From the NCBI RefSeq assembly GCF_036321535.1, contig NC_087437.1, forward strand, positions 99,636,001 to 99,700,000: a DNA stretch of 64,000 nt. The letters are read 5' to 3'. The notes under the pieces are model-generated. The model was not told where the DNA came from. It saw nothing but the letters and a program-made list of their open reading frames with translations, and did not search any database. Positions 28,440 through 39,226 of this stretch are shown here, piece by piece. This stretch comes from Camelus dromedarius (taxonomy: Eukaryota). Each line of letters opens with the position of its first letter. Position 1 is the stretch's first letter. The position numbers and the translations under genes were made by a program.

Positions 28440-29225
28440 CTGTTTGGGGGCTTTATATAGAAGTGGAAATGCTCTTTTTGCTGTTTCGCCAGCCAGGGAG
28501 GGGGAGTTGGGGGGATGGAGGCAGAGAATAAAGTCTAGGAGTGCTGAAGATTTGCTGGCATTACTTCTTTATCACATGTGAGCCTGGCTGCCTGCGTCCT
28601 GAGGTGATGAATCCAGGATGAGACTGTGTCGGAGCCTGTTTCCACAACTGTATTTGGAGATCTGTCTTATTGATTAGGGTGGGGGAAAGGGGTGGGGATC
28701 CGAGTGTGAGGTGAGGGGAGGACCAACTGACTACTGGCTCATGGAAGCACAAGACAGTTTCTTCCGGAAAGATGTCAAACAGCTGAGACACAGCCACAGA
28801 GGAAGTAGAAAGGTGGAAAAATAAGGAGACCCGGGAAGGAATGAAGGCTTTGAGGGCTATTTCTTTTCACTCCTTTTCTTTCTTTCTTTCTTTCTTTTTT
28901 TTTTTCCTTCCATCATCTGACCCGCAAAGGCTAGAGTGACAGCGTCATGCAAATACTGCAGTCCCGCAGGTCTGGGAGAGGGTGGATGCTAGACTGTGAG
29001 TTAATGTTAATGATGAGCGCAGTGAAAATACCAGCCGCTGCCACCCCCTGCACACAGAAGCGCTCTGAGTCAGCATCAGATGCTCTGCCTCGCCTCTCGC
29101 TGGGTGTCTGTATGCCTGTGCGCGCGCGTGCTCGCTCGGGCATCCGTGTCTAGCCGAGGGGAGGGGGTGGCGTGTGAGTGCGTGGAGGGTAAAAGCCAGT
29201 CAGTCAGTGAGAAGCAAAGGTACGT
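28440..29225 (+). promoter_or_regulatory. Candidate internal promoter and first exon upstream of miR-125b-2
   Basis: Local CpG and GC enrichment in an AT-rich window. TATATAG 28454-28460, G4 motif 28677-28697, TGACAG 28937-28942, octamer ATGCAAAT 28947-28954, TGAGTCAGCA 29066-29075, GCGCGCGCG 29120-29128, and donor AAG|GTACGT with GT at 29220. Confidence 0.6.
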
Positions 29226-29773
29226 TGGAGAGCAACTAAAATCTGACTGATTTCCATCTTTGGAGCATCAGATGTATTCCCTAAGGAGGATGGGTCTCCG
29301 TGCTGGGGGTGGTATAATTATGTTAATGTCATATTTATGGAGGGGTGAGATTTTTCATTCTAATAATTGGTTGAATGCTATGGTCAAAAATTGTAAAGCC
29401 ATATTCAGTTTTAGGGAAAAGCATGGACTTTATATCTAAGGACTGTTTTATTTTTTTGCTTTTTTGTGAGTGCTGCTTTTTTGTTTTATTTTTTAAAAAC
29501 TATTTACTATTTTAAGCCATAACTGATTCAGTATGGGAAATCAAACGATAAATAGAAAGAGATCTTATATAATGATGCATTGCATCATGGAGCAGAATAT
29601 TTAAAGTCTTACAAGGGGAAGTAAAGATCTGGACAGAGGGTGGGGGGTTGTGGTTGGAAAGGGGTGTGGTACTAGGGTGGAGGAGGGGGGCCAGTTAGCA
29701 AATATTTTGTTCAGTAGAGCTTTCCTTGCAGCTTACTTGGAAATGGATGATTCACCTGTTCTACAGGAAAACA

Positions 29774-29845
29774 TTCTAATTCTTTCCGTTTTTGTTTTTG
29801 TTTTGTTTTGATTTTTTTTTTCTTCCTCCTCTTTTCCCTTTTAAG
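29774..29845 (+). other. Candidate 3' splice site (branch point, polypyrimidine tract, AG)
   Basis: TTCTAAT 29774-29780, then an AG-free U/C-rich tract to the first AG at 29844-45. Confidence 0.45.
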
Positions 29846-30724
29846 ATCAACCACTTCAGAAGAACCAGATTCCACTTCTGTGGCCAGGACTTTTATGTTA
29901 TGGCTGGTCCGATTGTTTTACCCTGCGTTCTGTGCTACTTACTAAACCTTGGATCATTCCTAAAGTACAAATTCTCGAACCACAAACAAGGCTAAAAGAT
30001 CGGAGGAAATTCAGTGACTATACAGGATTGGGACTGTGTATTTTCAAAAGTATAGAGCTTTATAATGCAATTATTTAAAAATAGAATCTTTTTTTCTCTT
30101 ATCATGTTGCCAGCGTTTTAAGTTACGTGTTTATGAAGTGGCATTGCTCAAATAGCTAGAGTATGCATGGAAATAGTGGCTGTCTGAATAGTTTGGAGAT
30201 TCAAAGAGAAACAGCAAGCTTCAGAGGTATTAAATTATGACATGCAAAAAAGTTTTTGTTTTACTCTTAACTGCAACAGTATATATTTAAATTAGATTTA
30301 AAGTGTTTTATGTCCTGGGCCCACCTTAAAACTTGTGCTGTGTAGACCTGTAATGGGAAGCAAAATTTCAATTAGGGTCCCATTAAGTGGCATATAATCC
30401 TTCTTTAATGTAATAGAAGCTATGGCGTTGCTGTACAAATCTGGTCGAAACAGATTTTAACCCATTTTTGGTCTCTGTCTTGGATCTAATGGAATGACTC
30501 TTAACTGTTCATTATCTGCATTGTTTCTGATATTCTTCATTATTTTAAGGTCTGAAATTAGTCTATAAGTGGTCGTCGTGAATATTCAGTTCATCCTAAC
30601 TTTTCTATACCATATATATTTCTACGTATGTATTTTAATCAGTACTTAGAGGGAAAAGTTAACTGAACCCAACTGTAATTTCTAAATTAGCCTTATTACT
30701 GGAAGAAGAATTCTACCGCATCAA

Positions 30725-30813
30725 ACCAGACTTTTCCTAGTCCCTGAGACCCTAACTTGTGAGGTATTTTAGTAACATCACAAGTCAGGCTCTTGGGACC
30801 TAGGCGGAGGGGA
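30725..30813 (+). ncRNA. MIR125B2: pre-miRNA hairpin miR-125b-2 (mature 5p 30741-30762; 3p about 30778-30799)
   Basis: Exact mature miR-125b-5p TCCCTGAGACCCTAACTTGTGA, loop GGTATTTTAGTAACA and 3p arm TCACAAGTCAGGCTCTTGGGAC. The loop and 3p arm identify paralog -2 rather than -1 (3p ACGGGTTAGGCTCTTGGGAGC). CNNC motif (CAGC) at 30816-30819, about 17 nt past the 3' Drosha cut. Confidence 0.99.
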
Positions 30814-33800
30814 ACCAGCGGCTTTGGACCTTATTGATTGTCTGCAGTTACCATCAGAACAAAAGAACACACATAGATTCTGCCTAGGAGAAAAGAACAA
30901 TGCTCTTCTTTACAATCAGCAGTGTTTTCACCATGACCCACCCCCCCAAAATACCATTTTCAGAAACTGTGCTCTAAAGTGATTACAGAGTTGCACTGAA
31001 ATAGCATTTGTATTATATTTTAGCAACCATATAAAAGCAATATAAGATATCTGTGTAGGAAGCACAATTAAAATACAACTGATGTTTAAAATGCTTCTTT
31101 TGGTGTATTTTAAGAGAATAACTCCTTAGTTAATAAGGAAGAGAGTGGTTTATATTTATAACTTTTTTCATATGCATCGAAACATTAGCTACTTAAATAA
31201 ATCCTGTATGTCCTCACATAACTGTGGTTCAGAGTATGTAATGTTTAGCTATAATCATGCTTGAGGCCTAGAAATAAAATGATTTGCATCTTCTTTATGT
31301 GACCCTATTAGATTTTACTACTGATTTAAGAATAATGCTGTTTTATACTTGGTATTTATTGCCAGAGTTTTCTTTGGTCTTTTTAACCAGACGAAATCCT
31401 TTATATGTCTCATTATGATAAGACGTTATCTTGCTATAAGAGTTCAAGAGTTACCATAATTAGCAGAAATATGATACCTTTTAATTTTTACATTTTACTT
31501 GATATACATCATGGACGCTTATGTGAGATAAATTAGTAAACACCATGTATGAAGTCAGACTGCTCCAGTTCATCCATCAACTGCATCTGAACTGTGGAGT
31601 TTGAGTTTTATGAATATTTTAGTTTTATATAAGGTAAATATTCCAACTATGACTAACATGTCATATTTGAACATTATTAGCCATTGCTATATCTAATATG
31701 CATTGTTGAAAACAGAATTATACAGTCTATTTTAAAATTTTGCAGTAATGTTTCAGATATTGAAATTCAAAATGGAGACGAGAGACTTTCTATAATAGAA
31801 GCACACAATGATTTCATTCTTTAAACTTTGTTGCCTTGCACAGGTACTATAAATTATATATATCTTCGCATTTTAAAAATAAATTTCTGAATGTATTTTA
31901 GAATACTCTAGTGGAGTCTTTGTTCACCTTTTTTATTGGATTTGTTAGAATTATGATTTGAAATATCACAGAATACAAATCACCTATGAGTTGTATATTT
32001 CCTAAAAAACTTATATTACAATATCATAAACATGTTCCTCATCTATGAAGTCACAGAAAATGTGTTTAAGCATGTGTCCACACTGCACCTATTCAGATTC
32101 TTCATTTATTTCACCTATGTCATTTATCTAAAATCTCTGAAGTTTTAAGTGTGTGTATGTGTGTATGTATAAACAGATGTTTTGAAACTCCAGATGAACG
32201 GAGATAATATAAACAGTTAAGTTTTTGGTAGCATTTTTTACTTCTTTCAACCTTATTCTCATTGTAATTAAACATTTTTAAAAGCATAAGTTTCTCAATA
32301 CAAAGAACTCTATGTACATGTATCTGCAAGTACACAGAAACTTGATTATATTTAATAACAGTGTTTACACAATGGATCAGAAACTACCTCCTATATAAAA
32401 TAATACCACGTACAGGTCTGTGTTTATAGACACCTGTTTTAACATAATCATAAGTAATATGTATAAGATGTTCCATCAGTTTAGTTCCAAAATAATTTAA
32501 GGGATAGATGTTAATTGGCTCTAGTGATATCAAATATAAACTATTTCAAAGGCAAGATTTTTTTTATGTTATCATATTTATGAACCACACTGTATATGAA
32601 CTTCTGTTTCACAGGCAGAAGATACCAAAGCTAAATTGAAAATGCAATGATGTTTATTTTCCTCATAAACATATATAAAGTATATATATTTTACTAATCG
32701 TCATGCACTCTCTGAACCCTCTCTGTGTAACCTTCTGATATATGAACTATCTTTTCTGAAAGCTTCATAAAGCTTTTCTCTTACCCCATAAAGGTGAGTA
32801 GAGATATAAGTGAATAACTTTGTTTATATAAATTACTTTATGCTGTATATGGGTAGATGGATGCCACTTTTTCTGCATTTCTGTCTTGGAGTAGTCACAG
32901 GATAATATTGTTTGTGGGCTGTATAATATGATTTGGAAAATCAGATCATACCAGGCTTAAAATAAAAGGAGAGATCTACAACAAAGAGCGAGAAAATGAT
33001 GTGTGTTGCATACAAAAAAAGGAGTGATATTAACAATTCGATGGCTTCCTGGTTGGGAGACCAGCCTGAGCCAGACGCATATATTAAGGGCTGTCTGCTG
33101 CCGATGTGAGCTTGCTCAGTGCGGTGGAAATGAAGAATCACCTCCTCTCTGACACCAGATTATTTTTACATTTTAATTTTGAAATAGTGAATCACTGTTT
33201 TACATAAATATACTAATCCTTGCTTGATTCTTTTTATTTCTCATATTGTTTGCTAATTTACTGTGAACTTCACGTGCTTTCTTTCAATATCGTCACTCAC
33301 CTTAGACATCTATCAAATACCAATGAAGTATTAGTTTTTCTTTTGTCTCTTTTCTATTGCTCTGTTAATATTGTGATACTCATGCTTTTAACTTTTAATC
33401 TATAAGGAAAACAGCAATTTTTCAAAATGGCATTTTTTAAAGCCTTTTAGGATCCATCAAGGAAGCCACTTCTGGAATTTTGCCAGATCTAAATATGATT
33501 ATATTTCATTTCAGGGTTCACGGGGTCAATAGCTTTCTGAGTATAAAAGTCCTTAACACTTCAGTGTTCAGGGATGCCGCAGAAGAGGTGTAGAGATATT
33601 CTTGTCATTCAAGCATTAGGTCACATTAATAATGTCTAGAAAGAGGTAAAGGTATCTCAGGGGAATTACAGTACAAGTTAATTTCTAATGAAATTAGAAA
33701 AGGTATATACCACCTTAAATTCCTTAAATTTAAATAAACATGTTGGTACATGTCCCTAGGCTTGGTCTAATTCACCTGATAAATATGTAAATGGTTTTAC

Positions 33801-34919
33801 AAGCTGTCACGTTTGAATGAGTTTCGAGAAAAGCAGTACATAAAGGGTTAGCTAACACCCAAATTTTCTTGCCATTTACGCACGCAGTGCAGCCTACATT
33901 TCGGTAGGCAACAAATGCAGGCATCATTTTGATTACTTGGATTCTTTTGTTTAATTTCTTACTAGACATTTAACTTAGCACTCAAATCCCACTGACCTTT
34001 TAGTGACTGTATTTGGAAAAGGAAAACAAAGTTCCTAATGTAGAGAAGTTTTCAAAAATCCTGCACATTTGTAAGCATTTGAAAAATAGACTTTTTAGTG
34101 TGGCTCTGTAAATACATACTTAGTATGTAGAAATTTAGGTGCTATTATTATCTGTCATTTCTATCTTTGTACTTAGTTTTTGTAATCTATCAGGGACCAA
34201 CTACACACTGAGGCATTATATGCATGTGTATATTAATACACATAATATATATACATGAATATATACACACTAATACACATTACTGTGTATAAATTAATAA
34301 ACACTTAGGTATAGGCTAATATAAAATTTTATATATATTCTGTATATATCTTATTTTTTTAACTCTTGCTAAAAATAGTATGAAAATTGAGACTTTGTTG
34401 TAAAATTATCCACAACATCTTTTTCAATGAGCTACCTTTGATTTTCATTGAATGTTGCTTTTTCCCTAGTTTTAGCAGTTGGAGTACATTGCTAACCAAT
34501 AATATTAACTTGTATGTATTGTTTTACTTGTGGAAGTTTGAAAGCAGGTGGAACATAAAGGTAATTGAGATTAGGTGAATTTAAATTAAATAGTTTTATA
34601 TAATCAATCAGCTAATTCCATGCATATTTGATGGAGAATTTAAAAGTGAAAAATTTTCATATAGTGAAATATATTTTTCATTGTTAGTGTAAGTAATGTG
34701 ATTTTAAGTGTGTTCCCTTAATTAACTACTAAACAAACAAAACTAGTATTAAAATAATCATGAACTGTATCTGTTAGGTCAACTAAATAAAAATAGTAAC
34801 CTCCAAGTTTCATCTTGGCCTTTCGGCCTTTTAAGTTTTCTGGGGTGTTTTGGATTCTTCTGCGTAGGTAGATTTAACCATTCCTCTTTTCTAAGAAGTT
34901 TCTTCCTCTCTGTTGGTAG

Positions 34920-35033
34920 GTGTCTGACAATTTGTGAACACCAAATGACTATTCTGTGGAGTCATCTTTCTTGCCTTTGAATTAGCTTTCCCTAGGCCAT
35001 GAGTCAACATCAATATTTTATACATCCAGATTG
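34920..35033 (+). other. Candidate 114-nt host-gene exon
   Basis: CTAAG 34891-95, acceptor CTTCCTCTCTGTTGGTAG (AG 34918-19), donor TTG|GTAGGT (GT 35034-35). Motif evidence only. Confidence 0.25.
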
Positions 35034-38000
35034 GTAGGTCTTTTTTGAAAGTCTTCTATGTATTTTTTCCAGATGTTTAAATGAATTGTGAGACATTAAA
35101 TGTACATTGTTAGGTCTTTCCAGTTTTCAAAGATCTTCACAAAGAGATTTGGGTGACGTTGAAAGCTAGCCAACAGAGGGATTGTGGGATTTAAAACTGT
35201 AACGTCTTTCTCATAGTGGACTTCCTATTCTTAGTGATGAGGGGGGAACCAGTCTGTGGCTCAGTTATTACTGTGTTATACATCACTCCAAAAACCCTGC
35301 CTGTGCGTTTGTAAACCTTGGGGAGGTTTCTACATTAGACAACATTTTTTGTTGGAGGATTACACCACAGTCGGTTCCCTTCACTTCTCTCTCTTCCTGG
35401 CCCCCCTCCACCCAACATGGAGCCTTTTCAACTTCTTCAAAGAAGTGGGGAAAAAAAGTAGACTCTTTATTAATGGCAGAAAACAAACTGGCTGCTGGAC
35501 TTCCGAGACAGCCTTCTAATAATAAAGCAGAGGAGGCACTGTGACAAAGAATTCCTGAATGTACTAAATATATAGGGAAGCCTATTTAAATTCACCAGAG
35601 GGGCTTAGAGGACAAGCAGCAGAAAGTTTAGAATTCAATTCAAGCCATGCCAGAAAATGAAAATGCACTTAAAAAAGGATTTCTGAAACAAATGTTCAAA
35701 GACATGTCAACTTTTAAGGTTCTTTCTAGAATAATGAAATTCGTACTCTAATTTCTGTGGTGACTTATTCAATTAGAAAGGAAATGTGATTAACAGGATC
35801 TCAAAGGAACAGTATCTTCTGTTTAAAGAAAATGTGTTTTCTTTCCATAGAGTGGGCTCTAGTGAAGTCCACTGAGTACACTGACGAAAATCACCAGAGT
35901 ATGTGCATGAGACAAAGAGATGATGTGTTTTTTTTCCAGCAGTATCATAATGGAAGTGTTCTTCCTACTTTGGAAGAAAGAGACTCAACTTGTATCATCT
36001 TTCAAGTTCATTTCCACCCATTCAATTCTGTGATTTATAATATTTTAAATAAATGTAATGAAGTAATTCTGAAAGAGCAAATTGCTGATAAATAATTGGA
36101 CTACGTGTAGCTAAATTTGAGAGATTAAAAAAAAATGACCCCTACTTTATCTCTTACTGACTTTAGAAGATGCTCTTTATGCTTACTCTATAAGACATGT
36201 AAATCCATAGGGAGCAATGACATCTGTAAGAATATATGTTTTACTGGTCTGAATGTTGAGATAAAGAACTGCTTTTAGAGTTAATTTAAAGACCATTATG
36301 GCCTTGACTCAGGGGTGAAATTTCTAGCAGACTTTTTCCTAAATTCTTCTTGTAGAATTAACATAGATATTAGAAAAAGATTGTCATTCTGTGTCTCAGG
36401 GATTACAAATCATAAAGAGGATGGAAACTTGGTCTCACTAGTGACACATCTTGGTTGCCATTGAGGAAAGATTCTGCTTGAGAAAGAAACCCATGTGAAA
36501 TTCATCAATTCATAAATACAACTTATCAACTCAAAGTAAGTTATTAATTCATTAATTAATCCATTCATTCATAAATGTATATTCAGCATTGAAAAAAAAA
36601 AGAATTCAATGAATTAAGCCTGCATCAACACATGGGACCACTATGGCCCATTAAGATGTGACCATTTAACAAAATTTGAGTTTGAAATGAAATGTCATAT
36701 ATGTGAATATTAGTTATAGTTATAGATATTTAATACTTAATGGTAAAAAGTAGTTGTTTCCCTCAGTACATATAGATGCAGCCTGAGCCATAATCTACCA
36801 AATAACTGAACTGATTTCCACGCAAGTTTTAATGACATTTTAATATCAAGGACTTCAGTGGACCTCATGATTGATGAATGAAATAATCCAAGTAAATGCC
36901 TTAGCTCAGTCTCTAGCACCAAGAAAGCACTCAATGAATATGAGCTTCTTTCTTCCTGTGTGGGTTTTAGTATTCATTTGCCTTTGCTAAAGAGACTGTC
37001 TTTTCATCACCCAAATTTACTGGGTATACACGCTCCCAAAGAGTGAGATGCAGACACCATTAGGAAATCATTTCAGCTTCAGGGCACTCACAAATCTCTT
37101 ACTATAAATATGTTTATCAAAGGTTTTCTGAGTGCCAGCTATAGGAGAGAAAAAGAGGAATTCTGCTCTTAAATAGCCTATGGTATACAAAAGATATCTT
37201 TCACCTAACACTTTTTGTCCTTTTTGTCTGCCTTAGCATTTCATAAATCCTAAAAAGAAGTTTTATTCCTTTTTATACTTTATAGATGAGCATTTTATGT
37301 GCTTTGTCCTATTTTCTAGTTGTTTATAAGACATCTATATACTCTTGAGTTGCTTTGGACAAGATATGGGGTAGTGTTAAGATTTTTCACTGCCTAGATT
37401 CTGGTCAGATTATTCCCTATACCAGGAAAAGATCTGGTGATTAAGAGTCATTGGTAGACCATGAAAATGGTAATAATTGTGGTTTATAGAAATGATACGT
37501 CCAGAATAATTGGACCAAAATGTAGTATTTATGTATGATTTCAGTCCATCTAAAAAAAAAGCCATCATTTAATTTCTTTAAAAAATAAGTTGAATTGAAT
37601 ATAATGATATTAATCATGCAAAGGTTTGTAAAGCAGCAATTGTATTGATTAGTCAAAGGATCCAAACATTCTAATCGGGCTACTCTCTGGGAGTTAACAA
37701 AATATGCAGAATAAACTTGGATTTTTAGACATTTGCATCATGAATGGCCACCTTTGAACTTGAACAGTGAAGCAGAAATAGAAGACCAGAATTCTAATAC
37801 TACTTCTACCACTGCTGTCTTACGGAACTGAACCTCTCTCCTTTTCAATTTTTTAATTTGCAATTGATTTAAAAATTTTAAATGTGGAGGAAGATAATTT
37901 TAAAGTGATTTAAAAATGTATATCATTAGATAGTTGGATGAGGACTTTTTGGGTCAAAGAGTAGGAAAGAATAGCATTAACTTAGATCATTACATTAATC

Positions 38001-38132
38001 AGACTCTTTCAGTAGTGAAACTAGTTTAAATGAAAAAGGAAACTGTATGTCCATCATCATCATCTCTTCCTCCTCCCCCCCTCTTCCTCCTCTTCCTCTT
38101 CTTCTCTTTCTTCTCCTCTCCTCCCCTAGCTG

Positions 38133-38134
<2 letters not shown>

Positions 38135-38170
<36 letters not shown>
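38135..38170. repeat. (TC)18 microsatellite next to a C/T-rich low-complexity tract
   Basis: Directly visible. Confidence 0.95.
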
Positions 38171-38177
<7 letters not shown>

Positions 38178-39076
38178 GTTTCTCTTTTTATCTCCAGTGT
38201 GTTAACTTCATTCTCAGGCAGTTGGCCTCATTCTCACATCTCTCTATGTGATAGCAAAGATGGCCGTTGGGAACTCTCAGCCTGCATCATGCATCATTCC
38301 TAGAGCTTATGATTCCAGAATGGGGAGGTAAAAAAAAAGGTTTCTTTCTCTCTATCCCTACATCACTTTCATTTCTCTGAAAGGCTCCAATTGGCTCTGT
38401 TTTGGAGCCACCTCTCTCTGCATTTGAGAGTTACTCAATTGGACAGCCTTTGTAGGGAGAGGCTTACAAGATTAACCTAGTAAGGTTAATGTCAATGGCA
38501 GAAGGTGAAAGAAATTCAAAGCAAGCAAAAATGTAACAGGGCTCCCAACAACCACAACATATTTCTAAACTGCTTAGCATTATGATATGTTATAGGCTTC
38601 TGTCAAATACGTTTGTCTTGGTAAACTTAGTGGGCCCTATCCACATATAGGCGATATTAAGTTTTTGGCCCAAATGTGTTCTGTATAGCATTGTAACTGC
38701 AGTTCTCAACCTTGAGTATCATGGAGGTTAATTACATTTTATTAACACTTCCCATGATCATTTAATAAATGGCATACATACATCAGGAAAGTCAATATTT
38801 GGACTCATTTAGGAATCTGCCCTTTTTTTAATTATTTAGGATTATTAGAAATGGGAGTTCGGTTAAAAAAAAAAAAAAGAGTGGCAATATATTCTGTAGT
38901 CTAATGTCTATCCTCAGCCAGCATATGTTTAAGCCATTCTGTTACAGCACATTGTATATCCTGTCCACTTTTACCTCTAATATTAGGGAGCTTTATGTTG
39001 TTGATTCTTGAGAATATTTTATTTTGGCTCATAAATTTATTTCTCCCCCTTCTACTATCTTTATGGTTAAAAATAT

Positions 39077-39226
39077 ACATTCTAATCATATAAAGTCAAT
39101 ATAGTGGCTATAATTATATATAGATATAATTGTATTTGTATAGTTGTATATATATAATATACACATATATATAATTACATCTTTATATATGTATAACCAT
39201 TATATGACTCTATATGATTAGAATGT
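39077..39226. repeat. AT-rich imperfect inverted repeat
   Basis: Outer arms 39077-39098 and 39205-39226 are reverse complements at 21 of 22 positions; looser pairing continues inward. Confidence 0.85.

Noticed and set aside
1..30700. miR-99a and let-7c hairpins
   Set aside because: I did not find AACCCGTAGATCCGATCTTGTG or TGAGGTAGTAGGTTGTATGGTT by eye. They are expected upstream of the window.
34215..34350. Second AT-rich palindrome
   Set aside because: Only about 8-bp arms within TA/CA low-complexity sequence, expected by chance.
36393..36402. miR-125 self-targeting sites (GTCTCAGGGA here; CTCAGGGA also at 433 and 2049)
   Set aside because: About one 8-mer per 65 kb is expected at uniform composition, so three is weak evidence. 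All appear intronic.
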